Part shown: positions 13,881 to 25,452 of the stretch, in pieces
How positions within the stretch are numbered: the stretch's first letter is position 1
How the letters are laid out: each line of letters opens with the position of its first letter
Assembly (NCBI GenBank): GCA_951406725.2
Contig: OX597831.1
Location: forward strand, 79,360,001 to 79,424,000
Reading direction: 5' to 3'
Source: Octopus vulgaris
Lineage: Eukaryota
Length of the DNA stretch: 64,000 nt
Translations under genes and position numbers: made by a program
The notes under the pieces: generated by a model
What the model was told of the DNA's origin: nothing
The model's input: only the letters and a program-made list of their open reading frames with translations
Database searches by the model: none

Positions 13881-14921
13881 AGTGTGTGTGTGTGTGTGTG
13901 TATGTGTGTGTGTGTTTGAGTGTGTGTTTGTGTGTGTGTGTGTGATTGTGTTTGTGTGTGTATGTGTGTGTGTGTTTGAGTGTGTGTTTGTGTGTTTGTG
14001 TGTGTTTGTGTGTGTGTGTGTGTGTGTGTTGTGTGTGTGTGTGTGTTTGTGTGTGTGTGCTTGTGTGTGTGTGTGTTTGTGTTTGTGTGTGTTTGTGTGT
14101 GTGTTCTGTGTGTTTCTGTGTGTGTGTGTGTGTGTGTGATTCACACACTTTGTGTAACGCAAAGCGTGCTTGTGTGTGTGTGTGTGTGGGTGGGGGAGTA
14201 TAATTTCCTCACATTTTGTAACGTAAATTAAGAGGCACAACAAGCGGAAAATGGAAGGAATAAAAAAACACAGCGACAGAAACAGGGGCAGGAGCAGAAA
14301 GAGGGAGAAAGAGAGAGAGAGAGAAACAGAGAAACAGAGAGAGGGAAGGAGAGAAAGAGAGTGAGAGGGCCAATAAGCCAGAAAGAGAAAACTGTTGTAA
14401 AATAAGAAAGGATGAAAAAAAGGAGAAAAATCTATCATATTTATTTATATTTAATTTATAGGGAACATGGCGACTGTATTTGGTTAACTAATCTAACTTT
14501 GGGAAAGGGAAAACGGAATGAAACAGGTTACGTGTAAGCTAATGGAATTTGCACCTCTTACACACACACACACGCACGCATACACACAAACACACACCCT
14601 CGCACACGCACACAAATACAAACACACACAAACATATACGCACACACACAAATACAAATACACACAAACGTATACACATACAAACACATAAAAACACACA
14701 CGCAAACACACACACAAACACACATACAAACACACATACAAACAAACACAAACATACACACAGGCACACACGCGCACACACACTCACAAACACACACGCA
14801 CACACACATACACACACACACAATCACGCGCACACACACAACTACAAACACACACGCACACACACAAACACATTTGAAAACACACACAAACACATACACA
14901 CACGCACAAACAAACACACAA

Positions 14922-14980
<59 letters not shown>
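13881..14980. repeat. Compound (TG)n tract (13881-14190) and (CA)n tract (14560-14980) around a unique purine-rich core
   Basis: Directly visible. Confidence 0.9.
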
Positions 14981-14982
<2 letters not shown>

Positions 14983-15254
14983 ACACTTCTGTATATAGCA
15001 GCCATACACACACAGGCAGGCTTATCCTTGCAGCCCTCTGTAATCAAAGATTTTTATACATTCAAGTGCCTCCTACAATACGCTTGCGGTTCGCTGAATC
15101 AGCTTTTTCGAAACCAGAGCCGAAGAATTCGATTGCCGGCCAATGTTTATAAAATATTTCCGATAGTTCTGGATTGTTGATGCTGTGATATAATTTGTTC
15201 TTGAGCACCAGTAATATTACAATCGCTAAACGGATGCTTATTGCTCTCTTAATA

Positions 15255-15289
<35 letters not shown>

Positions 15290-15567
15290 ACGCACACAAA
15301 CACACACGCACACACACAGATATAGATATTTATATACATATATACATATATATTGCAAGTTTTTGACCGGTTTAGTTTAGTTCCTTTCCTGTAGAAACGT
15401 TTAAACTGGGTACGTTTTAATAAGTAATGTGCAATATGTGTGTGTGTGTGTGTGGATATACATGTATGTAAATATATCTATATATCTATTTATATTTATA
15501 TACATACATATATATACATATAAAAATTTATATTGGTATATGTGTATACATATATAAATTTATATTG

Positions 15568-15600
<33 letters not shown>

Positions 15601-15714
15601 CATACACATCTATATATATAGTGTATATACTTTAAAGCATATTACTCTACCACTGGTATTTGAATACTCTTTTTTCCACCTTGTTTCACATTTATGAGTT
15701 TACTCCGGTATATA

Positions 15715-15764
<50 letters not shown>

Positions 15765-15890
15765 GTATATTTACATATACATATATATAGATATGCATAT
15801 GTGAATATATACATATATATAGATATGCATATGTGAATATATACATATATATAGATATGCATATGTGAATATGCACACAGACAGACAGAC

Positions 15891-15933
<43 letters not shown>

Positions 15934-16050
15934 AAGATAGACAGGCATAAATTGACTTGCATAAAAGCATAAATGCACATCTGTGTGCGTATAAATGCAC
16001 GTGTTATATGTGTTTGCATGTGTGCATGTATATTTTGAATGTTGTGTATG

Positions 16051-16094
<44 letters not shown>

Positions 16095-16096
<2 letters not shown>

Positions 16097-16505
16097 TGCA
16101 GGAATGGCTGTGTGGTAAGTAGCTTGCTTACCAACCACATGGTTCCGGGTTCAGTCCTACGGCAAGTGTCTTCTGCTTTAGCCTCGGGCCGACCAATGCC
16201 TTGTGAGTGGATTCGGTAGACAGAAACTGAAAAAATCCTGTCGTATATATGTATATATATATACATATGTATGTATGTGTGTGTATATGTTTGTGTGTCT
16301 GTGTTTGTCCCCCTAGCATTGCTTGACAACCGATGCTGGTGTGTTTACGTCCCCGTCACTTAGCGGTTCGGCAAAAGAGACCGATAGAATAAGTACTGGG
16401 CTTACAAAGAGTAAGTCCCGGGGTCGATTTGCTCGACTAAAGGCGGTGCTCCAGCATGGCCGCAGTCAAATGACTGAAACAAGCAAAAGTGTAAAAGAGT
16501 AAAAA
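16095..16505 (+). mobile_element. SINE family B, near full length
   Basis: Head GCAGGAATGGCTGTGTGGTAAG, internal microsatellite, tail GGCGGTGCTCCAGCATGGCCGCAGTCAAATGACTGAAAC. Confidence 0.9.
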
Positions 16506-16554
16506 GAGAGATATATTATACATATATAGTATATATATATGTGTGTATATATAT

Positions 16555-17041
16555 AAATCCAAGGTTGTGAAAGATTTTAGAACATTTATCAATAGAAGGT
16601 CTTACAGCTGTTTCCGGGATATTTATTAAATCCCTTCATCGGAGACATTGTGAGAAAATGGTTAAGCAATAGTTATTTTATATGAGATGTAAAATAGAGA
16701 GTGAGGTGGAGGAAATAAAATAATAAATAAAACACTGTGTACAAACTCTATACTTGGAATGACCAATTTTAAATACTATTGGAACTTACTCACAAGGTAC
16801 AGGAAACTTATATGCATACCATTCTGCTTAAATAATGGATCTATAAATGCAATATCCCTACATATCTCACAGCTATTTTCATTCCTCCACTTCACTCTCT
16901 ATTTCGTATCTTATCTAGAATAACTATTGTTTAACCATTATCTTACACCGTCTCCGATGAAGGGATATATAAAATATCTCGGAAACAGCTATAAGATCTT
17001 CTCTTTATAAATGTTCTAAAATCTTTCACAGCCATGGATTT
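16555..17041. mobile_element. Inverted pair of Penelope-like terminal repeats (about 165-bp arms), each with a minimal hammerhead motif
   Basis: Arm 16555-16720 is the reverse complement of 16873-17041. Hammerhead motifs lie at 16599-16646 (-) and 16950-16997 (+). Confidence 0.75.
16599..16646 (-). ncRNA. Minimal type I hammerhead ribozyme motif (CCGAUGA core variant)
   Basis: GTCT-CCGATGA-A-GGGAT-loop-ATCCC-G-GAAAC-AGCT-GTA-AGAC: helix I GTCT/AGAC, helix II GGGAT/ATCCC, palindromic helix III ACAGCTGT, GUA cleavage triplet. Confidence 0.7.
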
Positions 17042-17064
17042 TCATCTCATTATCTCTTATAACC

Positions 17065-17130
<66 letters not shown>

Positions 17131-17308
17131 AACACACGAATTTAGAAATAGCAGTCAAAGAGATATAGCTATTTCTAAATTCGGTGTGGTGATTTACCCT
17201 AATTACTAGTATTATAAATCGAATGGGGCTTTTACATGCCGAAATCTACTTGGTGTAATTGATAATTATTCCAAATTAATTAATTTCACCATTTATTATT
17301 ACTTATAT

Positions 17309-17492
<184 letters not shown>

Positions 17493-17514
17493 CCAATTTC
17501 AAGTTTTGGCACGA

Positions 17515-18070
17515 GTGCTCAACTGGTGCTTATTTTTGTCGAACCCGAAAGATTGTAATGCGAAGTCGACCTCGGCAGAATTTGAACTCAGAACCTTAAG
17601 ACAGACAAAATACACCGTAAACCATCCTGTCCGACGTGTTATACTGTCAGCTCACCACCACATCCGTATGTGTGTGCGTGTATGCGCGTGTGTATGTATG
17701 TATGTATGTATATATATATATATATATATACATATATACAAATATATATGTTGCATAGTACATGCGTCACGTGATCTACAATTCAAACACGTTGGGTAAA
17801 TTAGTTTTATGATACATGTATGTATCAAATTTTGACAGTCTAATTATTTTAATATGAAGGTGTACTTAATTAAAAGTACTTCAACAGGTGATCATTTAAT
17901 AAAATGCAGTAGAAAGAAAAAAATCCACATGCATCGGATCGCAGCACTTGAAGTTCAAATCCCGCCTCGATCGACTCTGTCTTTCATCTTTTCGGGGGTC
18001 GATAAATTAAGTACCAGTGAAACACTTGGGTCGATATAATCGACTGGTCCTCTCCTCCAGAGTTTCAGGC
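17515..18070. mobile_element. Degenerate SINE A copies (17515-17655 -, 17945-18070 +)
   Basis: Core TTCATCTTTTCGGGGTCGATAAATTAAGTACCAG on +, and AAGTCGACCTCGGCAGAATTTGAACTCAGAA on the reverse. Confidence 0.7.
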
Positions 18071-18148
18071 CACAAAATTCGCTGCTGGGAATCGAACACA
18101 AGGTTTCGATCCTGAGTTAAACACTATAACCATTACGACTGAACACGG

Positions 18149-18643
18149 GTGCCTGGAGCTGGTGGTGCTACCCTAGGCCAAGAGGGTGGCTGCTGTAAGG
18201 CCCTATATCTGGAAGAGGGTAGCTGCTGGAAGACCCTGCACCATGAACAGAAGCAGGAGAACACAGTCATAGCTGTGAGACAATTTCTGCGACCACATCA
18301 CTCCTAACAACTGGCCACCAAACTCCAACACTGCAACCCCCTTGATTATTATGTGTGGGGCGCAGTTGAACGTGAGACTAACAACACTCCTTCTAGTACC
18401 AAAGATGAACTGAAGGCTGGGATTATGGCAGCATTTACCAATTTAAGCACTGCATCCAGAAGAGTCGCAAGAGATTCCAAAACCATCTGGAGGCTGTGGT
18501 TGAAGCCAATGGCGATTTTATTGAATAAATTTACTCATTAGTATTTCAAATTTTTATGAAATTTGGTAAATATATGCTAAAATGAGGTGTCAGTGTTCTT
18601 TTCATTTTTGAGTAATTTAGACGAGATCATTCATCGCACCCTG
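18149..18643 (+). mobile_element. 3' fragment of a Tc1/mariner transposase, maT (DD37D)-like, with right TIR
   Basis: Decayed frame ...NFCDHITPNNWPPNS../NPLDYYVWGAVERETN...KDELKA.IMAAFTNL...LEAVVEANGDFIE*; ends CACCCTG-TA. Confidence 0.85.
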
Positions 18644-18740
18644 TATGTATGTATGTATGTATGTATGTATGTATATACATATATACATATATAGATAGAT
18701 GAGTGTATATATATATGTTTATATATTATTTATATTATAT

Positions 18741-18778
<38 letters not shown>

Positions 18779-18841
18779 GTATATATATGTGTGTGTGTGT
18801 GTGTGTGTGCGTATGAATGTATGTATGTGTATTTATCGAGG

Positions 18842-18885
<44 letters not shown>

Positions 18886-19341
18886 TGCATACATACATAC
18901 ATACATACATATAAGTGAAAGACATACAGAGAAGTTGATAAAAAAAACAAACTTCACTTCGTATGTATGTGTGTGTGTGTGTGTGTATATATATACATGT
19001 ATTTGTGTATAAATATATACATGTATATGTATGTATGCATGTATGAATAGAACAAGGGCATTACATAACTCTACACTGACCAGCGACAGAGCCAGACGCA
19101 ATCTTTACCGTCAATGACAGAGAGAGAGAGAGAGATGGGGAGGGGAGGGGAGAGATAGAGAAAGAATAAGAAGCAGTTTGACAATCTGTTGTGTTGCATT
19201 GTGTCTGTGTGTTCGTACATCTCTTATCTAATTGTGATGTGTGTCCGTGTCCGGATTGCCAACGCTTCGAAGTGCATACAACTCTTCCTTTCTCACCCTC
19301 TCATTCTCTCTTTATCCATCTATCCATCTATCTATCTATCA

Positions 19342-19409
<68 letters not shown>

Positions 19410-19548
19410 GTATATCTGAGTGTATTTGTATGTGCGTGTGTGTGTGTGTGTGTGTGTATGTGAGAGAGAGAGAGAAAGAGAGAGAGAAGGAATGTGTGAA
19501 TGAGTGTCATGTGTGTTTTTCCGAATCCAGATATATATTGTGAAATAC

Positions 19549-19632
<84 letters not shown>

Positions 19633-19667
19633 CATGCATATAATACCTTAATATATGTATAAATATA

Positions 19668-19700
<33 letters not shown>

Positions 19701-19958
19701 ATATAGGTCATTCATTACAGTCCAGATATAATAACAGAGGTGTTGCTCACAATTGTTACATAGCCATCTCTATGTAAGAATCGTTGTTCTTATTGTTGGT
19801 GTTGTTGTTAATGTCATTTCGTCAGTATTTAACCCCAGAAGAAACCTGATAGAGCAAACTCTTCTTTTACATTTTACTTGTTTCAGTCATGTGGTTGTAA
19901 TCTATGATTTGTAGGTCAATAGTTGTAATATGTAACCTGTAGACGAGTATGTGTAGAG

Positions 19959-20789
19959 CACGGGTTGGCGAATCGGGGTAAATTACCCCTAGTGGAGTAA
20001 AAATGAAATTTTTGTGGGTAATGAAGGCTGATTAGACTTTTTTCTTCTGGCAACACTGCGTCTGTAACGGACGTGTTTAGGAGACATTTCTGGATGTCAA
20101 ACGCAGTAAAGGCTTTCAAAATTGCATATGATGAGGCAGTCTAAAAGTTGCTGCTTTTTACAACAACCCACCTTTGCAAACAAGGATGATCCACTTTAAT
20201 GAGCATAAAAACAAAGAAGAGTAATCGATTGGGCCCCGAAGACTGTATCCAAACTACTCTGGCATCAAAATTCCCCTACTTTGATGTAATTGTAACGAAA
20301 ATGAAACATCATTTCTCCAAAACCTGAAGTGGAAAAGTTTCTAGAAAAATCATTTCTTTCTTAATGAGGATATTAATCTATTTCATCACATTTATTTCCT
20401 ACATTTTATATTTACAATTATATTTTCCATGTAAATAGTAAGATCAAAGTGTAGTATCTGTTCTTATCGGCTTAATATCTGATACGGTCCCTATTTGGGA
20501 CCATCGATATTAAACTGATTTTTAGAACGAGGCGAAGAGTTAGGGGCTTGCTCCGCCTTTGCCACGGGTTGGCCTGATATAGCAGTACTTCCAGGATTCA
20601 GCCCATCAAGAAACAGCGGTGGTGCCCCAGCATGACCGCGGCCTTCGGGCTAAAACATTTTTAAGGAATTAAGGAAACCTTTTGAATTCTAAGAATCTCT
20701 GATTTCCTTCCTTTCAGATTAAGAAGGCAAATTAACTTCGGCATAAATATATCTTGGGGTAACTGATTAAAAACTTCTCCAACCCTACA
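19959..20789 (+). mobile_element. Non-autonomous hAT (Charlie/Buster-like) element with a transposase C-terminal remnant
   Basis: Left end CACGGGTTGGCGAA, right end TTCTCCAACCCTAC, flanks GTGTAGAG / GTGTAGCA (imperfect 8-bp TSD). 20088-20330 translates FWM...AV*KLLLFTTTHLCKQG*STLMSIKTKKSNRL, matching the hAT dimerisation motif LLPFxTTYLCExGFS...IKTKxRNRL. Confidence 0.8.
20439..20606 (+). pseudogene. U2: U2 snRNA copy lacking about the first 21 nt
   Basis: TAAGATCAAAGTGTAGTATCTGTTCTTATC (branch-point recognition GTAGTA), Sm-like site GATTTTTAG, stem III GGGGCTTGCTCC, stem IV loop TAGCAGTAC. The 5' ATCGCTTCTCGGCC is absent. Confidence 0.92.
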
Positions 20790-21140
20790 GTGTAGCATGT
20801 AGTTGGTGGATCTGTACTTTTAACGTATATGTACGTTATATTGCGCCTGCGTACGTGTATGTATGTGTAGGTACGTATGTGTCTGCGCATGCGTTTGGGT
20901 GCCCATGCGTGTGAATGTGTGAGACTGAAAATGCAAGAAGACATTAATCGCATCTCTCCATCCTCAATGTGCCCCTTGTAGTACAGTAAATATAACCTGT
21001 AGATTATAGGCCCCTATTTGTAGGGCGAAGTCTGTAGGCTAGGGATTGTCACGTGTTGTTTTGAGGTCAGCTGTTTGTAGTGCATCGAATGTAGGTCAGT
21101 GGTTTCAGTCTGCATTTAGTAGGTCAGTAATATGGAAAAA

Positions 21141-21449
21141 GGCGCGTGGCTCAGTGGTTAAGGGTATTTGGCTTACGATCGTAAGGTCATGAGTTCGATT
21201 TCCGGCTGCGCCTTATGTTCTTCAGCAAGATATTTTATTTCTCGTTGTTCCAGTCCACTCAGCTGGCAAAAAGGGGTTGTACTTGTATTTCAAAGGGCCG
21301 GCTTAGTCACTCTGAATCTCCCTGAGAACTTCGCTAAGGCTACGCATGTCTGTGGTGTGCTCAGCCACTTGCACGATAGTTTCACGAGCGGGCTCTTCAG
21401 TTGATCGGATCAACTCGAACCCACGTCGTCGTAACCGATGGAGTACCAG
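21141..21449 (+). mobile_element. tRNA-head SINE family C
   Basis: GGCGCGTGGCTCAGTGGTTAAG (A box) and GAGTTCGATTTCC (B box), followed by a non-tRNA core TCCAGTCCACTCAGCTGGCAAAA. Confidence 0.8.
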
Positions 21450-21669
21450 TAGGTTGTAGTATGTAATTTGTAGGCCAGTAGTTTTGATGTGTAGTTTCTA
21501 GGTCAATTGCAGTTGTAGATCAGTAGATGTATGTTTTGTAAATCACGACTTGTAGTGAGTAGTTTGTAGGTCTGTGATTATAATGTCTAGTTTGTAGGCC
21601 AGTTTCAGTAGTACCCACTTTGTAGGTAAATAGCTGTAGTGTTTATTTTTTAGGTTAGCTGTTGTAGTT

Positions 21670-21945
21670 CGTGTGGAGGTGCAATCGCGGTTTCGATTCC
21701 CAGACCGGGCGTTGTGTGTGTTTATTGAGCGAAAACACCTAAAAGCTCCACGAGCCTCCGGCAGGGGTGGTGGCGACCCCTGTTGTACTCTTTCGCTCCA
21801 ACTTTCTCTCACTCTTTCTTCCTGTTTCTTGTGTAACGCTGCGATGGACTGGTGTGCCGTCCAGCTGGGGGGAGGGGGACACATACGTCACAGAAACCGG
21901 GAAACCGGACCCATGAGCCTGGCTAGGCTTGAAAAGGGTGAAAAA
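21670..21945 (+). mobile_element. SINE fragment (family C-related head)
   Basis: GTTTCGATTCCCAGACCGGGCGTTGTG B-box region; a GC-rich unit interrupting the minisatellite. Confidence 0.6.
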
Positions 21946-22722
21946 AGAGAAAGAAGTTGTAATCCGTAGGTTTTAGGTGAATGGATGTAGCGTGTATTTT
22001 GTAGGTCACTATTTGTAGAGTGAATTCTGTGGTTGAGTAATTCTAGTGTGTAGTTTGTATGGCTGTGGTTGTAATATGCCGTTTGTAGACACATTGCTGT
22101 AATGTGTAGCTACTAGTGCGTATTTTGTAGTGTGTGGTCAGTGTATGTAGCGTGTACCTCTCTAGTTTCAATGTATAGTTTGTAGGTCAGAATTTACTAT
22201 GTGTATACTTTGTACACCCGTGGTTGTAGTGCGTATTTTGTAGGTCAATAGCTGTTGTGCGTGGTTTGTATGTCGGTCGTTGCAGTGTGTGGTTTCTAAG
22301 CCAGTGGTTGTAAGGTGCATTTATAGGCCAGTCGTAGTGCGTAATTTAAAGGTCAGCGGTTATCGAGTGTCGATTGTAGGTCAGTGGCTGTAGCGTGTAT
22401 CTTGTAGGTTAGTAGTTTTAGACTATGGTTTGTAGGTTAGTATTCTCAGCGTGTAGTTTGTAGGTCACTACTTGTAGTGTGTATTTCGTTGGTGTGTGAT
22501 TGTAATGTATAATTTGTAGGTCAGTAGTTGTAGCATGTAGTATGTAGGTCATTATTTGTATTACACTCTACAGTTCTGACCTACATACATCACACAGCAT
22601 TTGTAGAGAGCAACGTGTGCTTCAGTGTTTGCAATGTGCAGTTCGTTGACCAGTTGCTGTACAGCGTAGATTGTATGTCAGAATGTGCACAGACAAAACG
22701 GTAGGTCTAATTCTAGAGCTTG

Positions 22723-23040
22723 AAGGCGGTAAGCTGGCAGAATCGTTAGCACACTGGGCGAAATGCTCGATGGTATTTCGTCTGCCGTTACGTTCTGAGT
22801 TCAAATTCCGCCGAGATCGACTTTGCCTTTCATCCTTTCGGGGTCGATAAATTAAGTACCAGATGCGTACTGGAGTCGATCTAATCGACTGGCCCCCTCT
22901 CCAAAAATTTCGGCCCTTGTACCTAGAGTAGAAAAGAATATTTGTAGAGCTTGAAGGCGACGAGCTGGCAGAAACGTTAGCACGCCGGGCGAAACGTTTA
23001 GCGGTATTTCGTCTGTACGTAGAGTAGAAAAGAATATTTG
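22723..23040 (+). mobile_element. SINE A full copy plus an internally deleted second copy in tandem
   Basis: 22723-22940 is full length with tail 2; 22953-23040 is a head joined directly to the tail end AGAGTAGAAAAGAATA. Confidence 0.85.
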
Positions 23041-23970
23041 TAAAGCCTATTTTCTAGACCACTATTTGTAATGTGTAGGTTTCAGTTCAGTAGTTGTAGA
23101 GTGTAAATTGTCGGTCAGTATTTGTACCACGTACTTTGTAGGTCAGTAGCTGTAGAGTTTAGTTTTTGGGTCTGTATTTGTAGTGGGTAGTCTGAATGTC
23201 AATAGTTGTAAAGTGTAATTTGTGCACCAGTAATTTTAGTGTATCTGTTGTAGGCCAATAGTTATTCTATGTAGTTTGTAGATGTCTACTTGTAGTGTGT
23301 CGTTTGTACGAGTGTTGTTTGTATGTCAGCATTTTTACCGTGTTGTTTGTAGGCCAGTTGTGTTTGTTAATATTTCATAGCTCCGTACTCGTGGTGTGGA
23401 GATTGTAAGCCAATAGTTTGTGGTGTATTTTTTAGGTCAGTAGTCATCGTCTGTATTTTGTAGGCCAGTAGAGTCAGTATTTTCTGCTTCGTATTACCAA
23501 CAATGTAAAGAGTCCTTGATCCCACAGGTTGTTGTGAGATTTATGTGGATTTCAGTAAAGAATACCGTGTTTGTCGGTGGCTGGCCATTGTGGTTATGTC
23601 AGAATGAAACTATAGGGAAGTTAGTCTGCAGCCGCGGTGTTGTGTTTTATGAAGATGATTTCTCTGAGGTAGATGCATACGTGTGTTGCTCATTGGTTGT
23701 GTGTTTGGAGGTGAAGAATTGATGCGTGCATTCTATGGGTTTATGTATATATATGGAAGTGAGTGAAGACACTTGAAGAATTCGGCTTTTTGGTTTCAGA
23801 AAAAGGGGATGAAAGAAAGAACGAAGGAAGAAAAAGAAAGAAAATAGAAGGAAACCAACAAGGAAACAAAGATAGGAAATGATGAAAGAGAGAATATAAG
23901 AGAAAGAGAAGGAAAGAGAAAGAGGAGAGAGAATGAAGACAAACAGAGAGAAATAAAGGGAAGGAAAGCG

Positions 23971-24005
<35 letters not shown>

Positions 24006-24783
24006 GAAAAGTATGAAAGAAAGAAGCAAAGGTGAAAGACAGAAAAGGAAAATGAGAAGAAAGATTTAAAGAAAGAAAAAGTAAAGTATGAAGGAAAGAT
24101 AAGGAAAAAGAAAACAAAAACAAAGAAAAGAAGAAGGAGGAAGGAAGTGAAAGAGAGAAGAAAAATGAAAGAGAGAAGAAAAATGAAAGATGAAGGGGAA
24201 AGAGAGAGAGATAAAGAAAAGAGAGAAGAGAGAGAGAGAGAGGAAGAAAGCGAGAATGAGATGTTAATTTGTAAGATTCCACTTGATCCGTGTGGAGTGC
24301 AACTTCGTCATTGTGACGAGCTTTTGAGAGTTTATCTCGTACAAAGAACGAGTACTGCAGCACCACACACACACACACACACAACACTACATTCCATTCT
24401 ACTTTCACCACCACCCAACACCTCCTCCTTCTCGTACAAGAAATAGATGCTGTCTTCTACTAGAACTGGCGATGTCAGCTTCCTTACTGTCAAGACTGTC
24501 ACAGCCACCACCACCACCATCCCGTCAGCGGGGGAAAAAAAAAATCAAAAATGTAAAAAAAAGTGAAAAAAACAAAAACAGAAATAGAAACGTAAGAATG
24601 AAAATTAACAACGAAATTATCAATATGTTATCAATAGTTTATCGATTGTCTTTGTTGTCTTTTGTTGTATTTAATCAGATTAGAAATTGTCAGTAAAATC
24701 AAAAATTTTATGCGTGTGAATATGGATAAATATGTACGTATGTGATTCTATAGAGAGAGTACGTATTTATACATATATACGTG

Positions 24784-24814
<31 letters not shown>

Positions 24815-24837
24815 GTGTGTGTGTGTATGTATGTATG

Positions 24838-24880
<43 letters not shown>

Positions 24881-24940
24881 TATATATATATATATATGCA
24901 TATATATATACATACACATATGCATGTATATAAGTGAACA

Positions 24941-24983
<43 letters not shown>

Positions 24984-25416
24984 CATATATATATACATAT
25001 ATATATTTACATATATAGATATACATATATATGTATATATACATATATGTATATGTATGTATGTATTTGTATGCATTCATATATACTATATAAATCTCTG
25101 TATGCATATAAATACGTAATATATATATATATATATATAAATACACATATATATAAATGCAGATATGCATATAACACCCACCCACGACCTTTTACTGTGT
25201 TCCATCTCTCCTCGTTTCGAGTTTTATTTCTCTTTTATAGAATTCCTCGATGTGCACCCAATTATTTACTAAGACTGGAATTGATCGAAGAACATTTACT
25301 TCTAAACTAAGACCGATAACGCTTGATGTTCGATCATGTTCGATTATTCAATCGCTCTGATGTTGGTCATTTATGCTACCGGATGACCAAGATGTCCAGA
25401 AATAAACAACTCCATA

Positions 25417-25452
<36 letters not shown>

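Larger units (their letters stand above)
19890..23480. repeat. Degenerate 28-bp minisatellite (consensus about TTTGTAGGTCAGTAGTTGTAGTGTGTAG), interrupted by hAT and SINE insertions
   Basis: TTGTAGG(T/C)(C/T)A recurs at 28-nt spacing, clearest at 22237-22560 and 23040-23470. Confidence 0.85.

Noticed and set aside
20439-20460. U2 truncation as the footprint of a U2-specific retrotransposon (Keno/Utopia)
   Set aside because: No LINE sequence adjoins the 5' break, which is flanked by hAT internal sequence; the Tx1 element is 15 kb away.
21141-21215. tRNA gene
   Set aside because: A and B boxes are present, but the acceptor stem is not recoverable and the sequence continues into a SINE body.
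21960-23480. CRISPR array
   Set aside because: The context is eukaryotic; units are contiguous degenerate 28-mers without unique spacers, and there are no cas genes.
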